Assembly: GCA_043827405.1 (NCBI GenBank)
Contig: JBDRPD010000074.1
Location: forward strand, 1-23,925
Direction: 5' to 3'
Source: Elusimicrobiota bacterium
Lineage (GTDB): Bacteria > Elusimicrobiota > Elusimicrobia > UBA1565
DNA length: 23,925 nt
The notes beneath the pieces were generated by a model. That model was not told the origin of the DNA and did no database searches. It saw only the letters and a list, made by a program, of their open reading frames with translations. The translations under genes and the position numbers were made by a program. Positions 1-7,383 of this stretch are shown piece by piece (position 1 is the stretch's first letter; each line of letters starts with the position of its first letter).

Positions 1-204
1 AGCGCGTCCATGCGCGCCAACTGCGTGGAGGAGGCGAAGCTTATCAAGGCGCTGCGGGAAAATGACGCGCGGTTGGTCGCCGGTACGGTATTCGCGCCGC
101 TGCTCGACCGCGGAGCTTCCTGCGCCGCGCTGGAAGCGCAGGCGCTGGAGACGTATGAAAGGTTCCGCGCCGAATACGCCGCTATCAGGGAGGCCGCGCG
201 ATGA
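1..204 (+). CDS. 3' end of a hypothetical Cys-rich protein, paralogue of the next two genes (5'-truncated by the window)
   Basis: The frame is open from position 1. C-VEEAKLIKALR...AGTVFAPLLDRGASCAAL...ALETYER aligns with C-TLQASLLKALR...ADTPYAPLVDDGASCAAL (201..1343) and C-RERAKLLLALR...AGTVYFPVFDRKASCEGA (1340..2467). Its TGA overlaps the next ATG (ATGA 201-204). Confidence 0.85.
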   Translation, partial: SASMRANCVEEAKLIKALRENDARLVAGTVFAPLLDRGASCAALEAQALETYERFRAEYAAIREAAR

Positions 205-1343
205 AGAAGCTTTTGTTCGGACTGCTGGGCGTTACGGCGGCTTTCGGCGTCGTCACGGTCGTGCTCCTCATGGGTACGGCGAAACCCGCTTCGGAACGGG
301 CCGCGCCGGCGCCGCCGGATATATATGCCGCGGCCGGAGGGGATGCGGGGGCGGCGGAGGATTCGACCGGCCGCTACGCGACGCCGGAGCAGCTGGCCGC
401 GGATTATGCGCGGGCGGCGCAGGTCGTCGTTTCGACCTACACGCTCAGCCGTCGGCTCGCGGAGTATTTCGCCTGTGCGTCTTTGGTGCAGAACTCGGAT
501 GCCGTATGCGCTCAGATAGACAAGCATCTCGACGGGCGACGGGCTATGACTTGCCGCCGGCACCGTTTGAGCGGCCTGCGGATGCGGGAGATCGTGCGCG
601 GGAGCGGGGAGATGGAGCATTGCGTCAACGACTATGCTCATTACAACGAGCTCTACGGCTATCCGACGAACCGCAAGGAGATCGCGGAGGGCTGCCGGAA
701 CGAGCGCCCGTTTCAGGTTCGCGGCGATGTGGCGGGATTTTGCCGCAACCTGCTGACGCATGAGCACGACCCGCATGACGGCGAGCGCGGCGGGGACGTG
801 CAGGAGACCATGGCCGGCTGCGAACGGGAGCATGCGTATCTGCGGGGCGATCCCGAGCGCTGCGCCATCCAGGAGGACGAGCTGGAACGAGAGCGCTGTA
901 CCTTGCAGGCCTCATTGCTTAAGGCCCTGCGGCGGCAGGAGGCGAGCTTCGCCGCGGATACGCCGTATGCGCCGCTGGTCGACGACGGCGCATCCTGCGC
1001 CGCGCTCGGCGCGCGTGCTCGCGAAGAGTATGAGCGGTCGGCGCGGGAATACTCCGCGATCCAGCAGGCGATGATTCGCTCCCGCCGCTTCGAGGCGCAG
1101 GAGCGGGACCGCGGCCAGCGCGAGCGCGCGGTTTCCGAACTGCGGACGCGCGAGCAGGCGGCGGCGGAGGAGGTTCCCGATCACGCCGAGACGGAGCACC
1201 GCGAGGAGGCGCCGCGGGGGGAAACGGCCGAAGAAAAACTGCGAAAATTCGAGGAAGCCCGGCGGGCGGATGAAGCCCGGCGCAGCGAACAAGGCCTTAA
1301 AATGCGCGACCAGATCGATGCGGAGAAGCAGCAGCGACAATGA
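201..1343 (+). CDS. Hypothetical exported or membrane-anchored Cys-rich protein with a charged, coiled-coil-like C-terminus
   Basis: 380 aa. MKK is followed by a hydrophobic segment (LLFGLLGVTAAFGVVTVVLLM). Motifs LAEYFAC, C-x-x-ID and GDPERC are shared with the next gene. The tail is E/R/A-rich. RBS GGGAGG upstream; ATGA overlaps at both ends. Confidence 0.85.
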   Translation: MKKLLFGLLGVTAAFGVVTVVLLMGTAKPASERAAPAPPDIYAAAGGDAGAAEDSTGRYATPEQLAADYARAAQVVVSTYTLSRRLAEYFACASLVQNSDAVCAQIDKHLDGRRAMTCRRHRLSGLRMREIVRGSGEMEHCVNDYAHYNELYGYPTNRKEIAEGCRNERPFQVRGDVAGFCRNLLTHEHDPHDGERGGDVQETMAGCEREHAYLRGDPERCAIQEDELERERCTLQASLLKALRRQEASFAADTPYAPLVDDGASCAALGARAREEYERSAREYSAIQQAMIRSRRFEAQERDRGQRERAVSELRTREQAAAEEVPDHAETEHREEAPRGETAEEKLRKFEEARRADEARRSEQGLKMRDQIDAEKQQRQ

Positions 1344-2467
1344 TGTCGACAAAGTCTAAAGCGTTCGTGCTCGCCGCCGCGGTCGCCGCCGCGGCCGCCG
1401 CGGCGCTGTGGCGGATGCCTTCCCGCACCGCGCCGGAGACGGCCCCTGAGCCGGGGCGGCCGGTGCCGACGGCGGCGGGCAGCGACCGCGGCTGGGACGA
1501 CGCCGATCTCGCGCCGCAGTATCCGCGCTACAGCAGCCCGGAAAGCCTGCTCGACGATTACGACAATGCGATGCGGTTTACGGTGTCGACCGAGGCGGTC
1601 AATCATTATCTCGCGCAGTACTTCGCCTGCTCGGCGCTGCGCGAGGGCTCCACGGAGGCCTGCGGAAAGATCGACGCCCGCCTGAACGAGCGTGAAACGA
1701 TGAGCTGCGAGGAGGTGCTGCTGACCGCGCAGTGGTACGTCGAGACCGTGCGGGGGGGCGGCGCCGTCGAGAAATGCCTGCGGGAGGACGCCTACTACGG
1801 CCGGATCATGGGCGAGCCGCACAATGAGAAGGAGTCCACCGCGGTCTGCACGTCCATGCTCCCGTACTTTTTCAGCGGCGATATGGAGGGCTACTGCCGG
1901 CAGGTAGTGCGCCAGCTGCAGGGCGGCCATAAGGCGGACGGCAATATCACCGATATGGCCAGCTGCCGGTCCGTTATGGCATTTCTCGCGGGCGATCCCG
2001 AGCGCTGTCCGCCGTCGGCAGAGGAGATCGACGCCCAGATGTGCCGGGAACGGGCCAAGCTGCTGCTGGCTCTGCGCCGCGGCGAGCCGGAGCTCGCCGC
2101 CGGCACCGTTTACTTCCCTGTTTTTGATCGCAAGGCGTCTTGCGAGGGCGCGGCGCGGCGGGCGCTGGAAGTGTATCGCGAAAAAGCGGTGGAGCAAAGC
2201 GAGCGCGAGAGCCGGCTGGCGCGCGACCGGCGGTTCGCGCAGCAGGAAGATATGCGGAGCAGGGGGGAACGGGCGGCGGCCGAGCTGCGGGCCAGCGAGG
2301 CGCTGGAAGACCTCGCCGCCAAGGCGCGCGCGGCGGAGCGGCAAAGGCGGGAGGCGGACCGCCAGGCTGTCGCGGATGCGGAAAGCAAAAAGGCGCAAGA
2401 AATACAACGTAATTTTGAGCGGGCGCGGCAGGAGGACGAGGCGGCCAAGGAAGCAAAAAAGCCTTGA
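1340..2467 (+). CDS. Hypothetical exported or membrane-anchored Cys-rich protein, paralogue of 201..1343
   Basis: 375 aa. Basic N-terminus followed by an Ala-rich hydrophobic stretch. Motifs LAQYFAC, ACGKID, MSC, GDPERC and ASC are present, with an E/R/K/A-rich tail. The start may be 1340 or 1343. Confidence 0.85.
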   Translation: MMSTKSKAFVLAAAVAAAAAAALWRMPSRTAPETAPEPGRPVPTAAGSDRGWDDADLAPQYPRYSSPESLLDDYDNAMRFTVSTEAVNHYLAQYFACSALREGSTEACGKIDARLNERETMSCEEVLLTAQWYVETVRGGGAVEKCLREDAYYGRIMGEPHNEKESTAVCTSMLPYFFSGDMEGYCRQVVRQLQGGHKADGNITDMASCRSVMAFLAGDPERCPPSAEEIDAQMCRERAKLLLALRRGEPELAAGTVYFPVFDRKASCEGAARRALEVYREKAVEQSERESRLARDRRFAQQEDMRSRGERAAAELRASEALEDLAAKARAAERQRREADRQAVADAESKKAQEIQRNFERARQEDEAAKEAKKP

Positions 2468-2501
2468 AAATACCGGGCAGACGAGCATAATTTGGTATGA
2501 T
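2464..2501 (+). promoter_or_regulatory. Candidate sigma70-type promoter(s), distal
   Basis: TTGAAA (2464-2469)-N16-CATAAT (2486-2491), plus an extended -10-like TGgTATGAT (2493-2501), at the start of the only sizeable AT-richer intergenic gap. Confidence 0.4.
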
Positions 2502-2530
2502 AAGGCCACTCACGCGGACGACAAAAGTCA

Positions 2531-2559
2531 TTGCGCTGGCGGCGGGCCGGGGATAGTAT
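2531..2559 (+). promoter_or_regulatory. Candidate sigma70-type promoter for the hxs operon, proximal
   Basis: TTGCGC (2531-2536)-N17-TAGTAT (2554-2559). An RBS-like GGGAG lies at 2596-2600, before the ATG at 2611. Confidence 0.4.
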
Positions 2560-2610
2560 TACACCGGGCGGCCATTATTCGTTTGTTCCGTTTTTGGGAG
2601 ATTTGCAGCT

Positions 2611-3372
2611 ATGGGCAAGAGCGTCAACGTCGACATTAAAACAACGATTTACCCGTTGGAAGCGATCTACGCGGCTGCCTACCAGTTCATTGATCGGGCG
2701 TATGTCCGTCTCGAAGAGAAGCCGAAGCAGGTGATCCGGGTCTGCCTGGACCCCAAAGAGGACGCGGACCCCAAAGCTTTCAAGAAAATCGACGGCGAAT
2801 TCCTTAACGAGCTTGTCCATCAGTTCGTGCGCACCAAAGTGGCCGAGAGCAATAAGAAGATTCGCGAGTACGTGGTGACTCGAGCGCTGCTGTCGGCGCA
2901 GTCGGTGCAGGAAATACCGGCCGGCTTCCCCGTGCCCGGCGCCCCCTCTCCCGAAGGCATGCTTCCCGGTCCCGACGGGATACCCAACCTCGGTTCCGAC
3001 GGTCAGCCTGTTTCCGGCGTGCAGCAGGGCGAATCCCCCATGGTCGACCAGCGGGAGGATGACCCCAGCCCCGGCGCCAACCTCGACCGGGTCAACCGCA
3101 AGGCCGCCCCTTCGGACGACGCATTGGCCGATGAGATCCAGAAGCTGCTTTCGGAGATCGACTCGGGCGGCGATGCGGAGGATCCCCTGGGCATAACCGC
3201 CCCGTGGGAGGAGCAGGCGGCCGAGAAGGGCAAGGACGCGAAAGCCAAGGGAAAGACCAAGCGCGGGAAAGTTAAGAAGGTCAAAGCCGCGAAAGGCGGC
3301 GGCAAGGACGCGCTCGCCGACGAGATCAAGGCGCTGCTGGAATCGGAGGCGGGAGGGGGCAAGTCCAAGTGA
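2611..3372 (+). CDS. hxsD: His-Xaa-Ser system protein HxsD with a long low-complexity C-terminal extension
   Basis: The N-terminal ~95 aa (IYPLEAIYAAAYQFIDRAYVRL...GEFLNELVHQFVRTKV...IREYVVTRAL) matches the HxsD pattern as I recall it. It sits upstream of hxsB and an HxS-repeat peptide. The tail is Pro/Gly/acidic, then Lys-rich, and contains DPLGITAPWEE. Confidence 0.8.
   Translation: MGKSVNVDIKTTIYPLEAIYAAAYQFIDRAYVRLEEKPKQVIRVCLDPKEDADPKAFKKIDGEFLNELVHQFVRTKVAESNKKIREYVVTRALLSAQSVQEIPAGFPVPGAPSPEGMLPGPDGIPNLGSDGQPVSGVQQGESPMVDQREDDPSPGANLDRVNRKAAPSDDALADEIQKLLSEIDSGGDAEDPLGITAPWEEQAAEKGKDAKAKGKTKRGKVKKVKAAKGGGKDALADEIKALLESEAGGGKSK
3115..3348 (+). repeat. Internal duplicated helix motif in the HxsD tail
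   Basis: DDALADEIQKLLSE (3115-3156) and KDALADEIKALLESE (3304-3348). Confidence 0.75.
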
Positions 3373-3575
3373 CCCTGAAGTTCAGCTCCAACCTCTACTC
3401 CAGGGCGGCTATCGATTACGCGATAGCGCGCTATAAGGACTTCGCCCGGATCAAGGTCAGCAAAACCGGCAAGGCTTTTCAGGTCGCTTTTTCCGGCATG
3501 GACGCGGAATTTGCCGACGCCCTTCCGGGCGAGTTCTCCAACTGCGTGCTGCTGGCGATGCGGGAGGGCGCGTGA
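3369..3575 (+). CDS. Small HxsD-like protein (68 aa)
   Basis: GTG start with RBS GGAGG/GGGGG upstream and GTGA overlaps on both sides. LYSRAAIDYAI...GEFSNCVL parallels IYPLEAIYAAA...GEFLNELV of HxsD. Confidence 0.75.
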   Translation: MTLKFSSNLYSRAAIDYAIARYKDFARIKVSKTGKAFQVAFSGMDAEFADALPGEFSNCVLLAMREGA

Positions 3576-5026
3576 GGGTCCCGGCGCCGCCCAAGATCGA
3601 CGACCAGAAGGTCGGATTTTTTCGCTTCCGGAAAGTGGGCGGCAAGTATGTGCTCACCAATGATACCGGCCAGTTCGCGCGCCTGACCCAGGCGCAGTTC
3701 GCTAAGTTTCTCGGCGGCAAGCTCAAGTCCAAGGACGTCCTGCACCAGGAGCTGCGGGCCAAGGGCTTTATCCGCGACTTTATGGATTTCGACAAGACGG
3801 TCGAAGCCTGGTCGCAGCGCCACAGCTACCTGATGCAGGGACCTAATCTGCATATCATCGTGGTGACCCTGCGCTGCGATCACGCCTGCACCTACTGCCA
3901 GACGAGCTCCGCGCCGATGGACCGCGACGGCCTCGATATGACCCAGGAGACGGCGAAGAAGACCGTCGATACGGCTTTCGAGACGCCGAACCCGGCGATG
4001 ACGATCGAATTTCAGGGCGGCGAACCGCTGGCCAACTGGCCGGTCGTGAAGTATATCGTGGAGTACGCCCTTAAGAAGAACAAAGAGAAGCATAAGACGC
4101 TGATGCTCAACCTGGTCAGCAACCTGAGCCTGATGGATGACAAGAAGCTCAAGTTTTTGCTCGATAAGGGCGTCAATATCTGCACCTCGCTCGATGGGCC
4201 GCAGCACGTGCACAACGCCAACCGCATCCTGCGCGGCGGCAACAGCCATGCGAACGTGATCGCATGGTTTAAGAAGATCAAGAAGCTTACCAAGGGCAAG
4301 CCCCATGGGATCGACGCCCTGATGACCACGACGCGGCTGTCGCTCAAGTATCCGGAAGAGATTATCGACGAGTACGTGCGGCTCGGCGCCCGCGGCATCT
4401 ACCTGCGGGGGCTGTCGCCCTTCGGCTTCGCCAAGAAGACCTGGGACGTCATCGGCTACTCCGCGGATGAGTACCTTGAGTTCTATACCCGCGCGCTCGA
4501 TCATATCTTCAAGCTCAACAAGAAGAAGCGGTTTTTTGAGCAGCACGCGCGGCTCTATGCCGCCAAAATCCTCAAGAACGAGGAGCCGAACTTCCTCGAT
4601 CAGCGCGACGTCTGCGGCGCGGGGATCGGCCAAATCGCCTACAACTACGACGGACGCGTCTTTACCTGCGACGAGGGGCGCATGCTCGCGCAGATGAGCG
4701 ACGAGGCGTTCAAGATCGGAGATGTCAACAAGGATACGTACGGGGACATGATCAACCATGCGACCGTGCGCGCCTGCGCCTCGGCCTCCTGCCTCGACAA
4801 TAACGCGGAGTGCTCTTCCTGCGCCTACAAGCCGTACTGCGGGACCTGCCCGGTGGAGAACTACTTCCTGCAGGGCGACCTGTTTCTCCGCGCGCCGCTG
4901 AGCGGCCGCTGCCGCATCTACAAGGGTCAAATGGATTACTTCTTCAAGAAAATGGAAGATCCTTGGATCGTGAAGACCATGAAGTCCTGGACGCGCGTAC
5001 CGTCGGGACTCTATCAGAGGGATTAA
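3572..5026 (+). CDS. hxsB: His-Xaa-Ser system radical SAM/SPASM peptide maturase HxsB
   Basis: 484 aa. Motifs: CDHACTYC, EFQGGEPL, TSLDGP and the SPASM cysteines CGAGIGQIAYNYDGRVFTCDEGRML...CSSCAYKPYCGTCP...C. It has an N-terminal FFRFRK..GKYVLTNDTG extension and lies directly upstream of the HxS peptide. Confidence 0.9.
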   Translation: MRVPAPPKIDDQKVGFFRFRKVGGKYVLTNDTGQFARLTQAQFAKFLGGKLKSKDVLHQELRAKGFIRDFMDFDKTVEAWSQRHSYLMQGPNLHIIVVTLRCDHACTYCQTSSAPMDRDGLDMTQETAKKTVDTAFETPNPAMTIEFQGGEPLANWPVVKYIVEYALKKNKEKHKTLMLNLVSNLSLMDDKKLKFLLDKGVNICTSLDGPQHVHNANRILRGGNSHANVIAWFKKIKKLTKGKPHGIDALMTTTRLSLKYPEEIIDEYVRLGARGIYLRGLSPFGFAKKTWDVIGYSADEYLEFYTRALDHIFKLNKKKRFFEQHARLYAAKILKNEEPNFLDQRDVCGAGIGQIAYNYDGRVFTCDEGRMLAQMSDEAFKIGDVNKDTYGDMINHATVRACASASCLDNNAECSSCAYKPYCGTCPVENYFLQGDLFLRAPLSGRCRIYKGQMDYFFKKMEDPWIVKTMKSWTRVPSGLYQRD

Positions 5027-5029
5027 GCC

Positions 5030-5338
5030 ATGGCGAAAAAGAATAAAGACGACGGTAAAGACAAAAAGAAAAGAGTCCTGCCGGCGGTGAAAAAGGAGCT
5101 TGGCCGGTTCCTCACCAGCGAAGAGGGGAAAATTTTAAAGGAAGATGTGTTTAAGGCCGCGGTCGTCCTCGGCATCGTCGGCACCGCGATGACTCACGGC
5201 GAGGACGCGCTCGCGCAGTCGCACCAAAACTACCTGCACAACTCCGGCGGCACCGGCTCGCATTACAGCCACAGCTCCCACGGCTCGCACGGCAGCCACG
5301 GCTCGCACGGCAGTCACGGTTCTCATGGAGCATGGTGA
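5030..5338 (+). CDS. hxsA: His-Xaa-Ser repeat RiPP precursor peptide (HxsA-type)
   Basis: 102 aa: a Lys-rich N-terminus, RFLTSEEG, the hydrophobic VFKAAVVLGIVGTAM, then ALA-Q, then the core ...HNS...HYS-HSS-(HGS)5-HGAW. RBS GAGGG upstream; starts 3 nt after the hxsB stop. Confidence 0.9.
   Translation: MAKKNKDDGKDKKKRVLPAVKKELGRFLTSEEGKILKEDVFKAAVVLGIVGTAMTHGEDALAQSHQNYLHNSGGTGSHYSHSSHGSHGSHGSHGSHGSHGAW
5261..5332 (+). repeat. 9-bp-period coding tandem repeat encoding HYS-HSS-HGS x5-HGA
   Basis: cat tac agc / cac agc tcc / cac ggc tcg / cac ggc agc / cac ggc tcg / cac ggc agt / cac ggt tct / cat gga gca. Synonymous codons vary between units. Confidence 0.95.
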
Positions 5339-6233
5339 CGCTCCCCGGCTCGTCCTAACAATCACCCGCGCCTGCAACCTACGTTGCGGCTTCTGTCCCC
5401 TCGAAACAGGAAAGATGGATATGTCGTCCGAGGTCGCGGCGCGGGCGACAGCTCTTTATCGGGACCGATTCGCCGGCCGCCGGCAGCATGTGCGTTTTTT
5501 CGGCGGTGAGCCGTTGCTGCGCTTCGGCCTGCTGCGCGACATCGTGGCTTCGTTTCCCGAGGAGGTGCGCTTTTCCTTCCCCACCAACGGCACTTTGTTC
5601 GCTGCGGAGACCGCCGACTTTCTGCGGACGCATCCGCAGGTGGAAGCGGCGGTCAGCCGGGTGCGCGACGTCCGCTTGCTGGCCTCGCTCGACAACGTTT
5701 TGATCAGCGTCTGCGTACCGCCCCAGGGTGCCGCCGACCTGGCGCCCTATGTGGCGCGGCTGCTGAAGGCGGGGATCTCGCGGCTGAATTTTCTGCCGGC
5801 TTTTTATGTGCGCTGGAATGCGGGAGAGACCGCCGCTTTGCGGCGGTCGTTTGGCCTCACCGCCGGCCTGATTCGGGAGTGGAGGTCCCGCGGACATGCC
5901 GTGGAGGTCCGCAATGCCGCCGTCTTCAATCCCGTCCCGCTCTACAATCACGGCATGGTCGTGGATTACAACGGCGACATTTATTCGAGCAACGCCGCCC
6001 TGGGCGCCGGATTCAAGGACCTGCGCGGTGAGCTGCGCCTGGGCAGCGTGCTGAAGCCGAAGACGGTCGCCTGGGAGCGCGCCGATAGCATCGATTGGCC
6101 GGCCCTCTTCCGGGCGAGGCTCGACGACGATGTCTATCAGTCCACCCGGCGGATCAACGATTCGCTGACGGACTTCGTACGGGAACTAGGTGATCATAGG
6201 AGCAGAAATGCGCCGGCCGCCGTCTCTGTGTGA
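5325..6233 (+). CDS. Radical SAM protein without SPASM cysteines
   Basis: 302 aa. Motifs CNLRCGFC, FFGGEPLL and PTNGT. The C-terminal VDYNGDIYSSN resembles a SPASM/twitch hairpin but has no Cys. It overlaps the precursor 3' end by 14 nt. Confidence 0.85.
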   Translation: MEHGDAPRLVLTITRACNLRCGFCPLETGKMDMSSEVAARATALYRDRFAGRRQHVRFFGGEPLLRFGLLRDIVASFPEEVRFSFPTNGTLFAAETADFLRTHPQVEAAVSRVRDVRLLASLDNVLISVCVPPQGAADLAPYVARLLKAGISRLNFLPAFYVRWNAGETAALRRSFGLTAGLIREWRSRGHAVEVRNAAVFNPVPLYNHGMVVDYNGDIYSSNAALGAGFKDLRGELRLGSVLKPKTVAWERADSIDWPALFRARLDDDVYQSTRRINDSLTDFVRELGDHRSRNAPAAVSV

Positions 6234-7383
6234 CGAGGAATACCCGCCGCTGGACGGCGCCTATCAGAACCGGACCTACGGCCGGCGCCTGAGCCTGGCG
6301 GCGGTCAAGGGCTTTTGGGAAAAAACCTTTCGCCTCGCGGCGCGCGGTGCGGTTCCCGCCGGCGTGGGGCTCTATGTGCATTGGCCGTTTTGCCGCGCCC
6401 GCTGCGCGTACTGCTACTGCGACAGCCGAGCGGCGGCGAGCGCCGCCGAGACGGAGCGCTATCTCGATGCGCTGCGGCGCGAGATGCGGGTCTTTCGCGG
6501 GACGTTTCGCGGCGTGCGGCTGTCTTCTCTTATCCTGGCGGGAGGCACCCCGACCCAGGCGTCCGCGGCGCAGCTCCAGCGGCTGTTTGACGGTATCGAT
6601 GACTGCTTTCAATTCCAAGAGGATGCGGATATCGCGGTCGAGGCGTCGCCGGATACGCTGACGGCGGCCCGGGCCCGGCTGCTGCGCCGCCGCGGCGTGC
6701 GCCGCATAGATCTCGGCATCGACGCCATCGACGCGGCCGTGCTCCGGGCGGCCGGCAGGCCGCAGAGCCTGCGGTCGGTCCGGCGCGCCTGCGCTGCGGT
6801 TAAGGATGAGGGAATGTCGCTCGAGGTCGGTCTGATTTTCGGCATCGAGCGCCAGACCGGCGCGTTATTCATCCGCGACCTGGTACGGGTCCTCGGTATC
6901 AAGCCCGCACGGATAAGGATCTACGGTTTCGAACCGCGGCCGCAGACCCTCTGCGCGCCGTCCGCGAATGCGCCTGCGGCGGCCCAGGTTTTCGCGCTGG
7001 CGGACAAGCTTATGCGCCGCGCCGGCTATGGAACCAGCTCCGGCATGTGGAGCGTCCCGCCGTCTTATCTCGGTATCGGCTGGAGCGCCAAGTCGCGCTG
7101 CTGCGGCGCCGGCTGGTATCAGCACCCGCCCCTGGGGCGCACCCGGCCGGTAACCGACCAGCTGCCGCCCTTTGCGGGAATGGCGCTGAGCTTGGCCGAG
7201 GAAAAACGCGGTGAGCTGATCAGCCGCCGCGCGGTGCTGGGGAACCGCCGCGGGCTGCACCGTCATTACAGCGCCGGCGTACGCCGCGAGCTGCGCCGCG
7301 TGCACGGCAAAGACTGGGCGAACGGGAACGGGACCGCGCCCGCAGAGCTGGAGTGCCGGGTCTATGAGAGGCGCGCATCATGA
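6208..7383 (+). CDS. HemN-like (class C-type) radical SAM protein, paralogue 1 (shorter, divergent)
   Basis: Motifs GLYVHWPFCRARCAYCYC, AGGTPT, EASPDTLT and RIDLGID. I moved the start from the track's 6190 to ATG 6208, which follows AGGAG (6198-6202). Confidence 0.8.
   Translation: MRRPPSLCDEEYPPLDGAYQNRTYGRRLSLAAVKGFWEKTFRLAARGAVPAGVGLYVHWPFCRARCAYCYCDSRAAASAAETERYLDALRREMRVFRGTFRGVRLSSLILAGGTPTQASAAQLQRLFDGIDDCFQFQEDADIAVEASPDTLTAARARLLRRRGVRRIDLGIDAIDAAVLRAAGRPQSLRSVRRACAAVKDEGMSLEVGLIFGIERQTGALFIRDLVRVLGIKPARIRIYGFEPRPQTLCAPSANAPAAAQVFALADKLMRRAGYGTSSGMWSVPPSYLGIGWSAKSRCCGAGWYQHPPLGRTRPVTDQLPPFAGMALSLAEEKRGELISRRAVLGNRRGLHRHYSAGVRRELRRVHGKDWANGNGTAPAELECRVYERRAS

Noticed and set aside
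62..763. Alternative-frame + strand ORFs (62..763, 14439..15461, 18499..19359 and similar)
   Set aside because: They are Arg/Gly/Pro-rich off-frame translations overlapping better-supported genes.
2468..2610. Riboswitch, ncRNA or intrinsic terminator in the intergenic gap
   Set aside because: There is a T-rich stretch near 2575-2595, but I could not identify a convincing stem before it or any known RNA motif. An Rfam/Infernal search would be needed.
3479..4930. Long minus-strand ORFs (this 483-aa one, also 1181..2509, 18936..20045, 19762..21351 and 21146..22489)
   Set aside because: They are antisense shadows of well-supported + strand genes, which is expected in GC-rich DNA, and carry no recognisable motifs.
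5261..5332. CRISPR array or non-coding VNTR
   Set aside because: The unit is 9 bp, there are no spacers, and variation is mostly synonymous, so this is a coding repeat.
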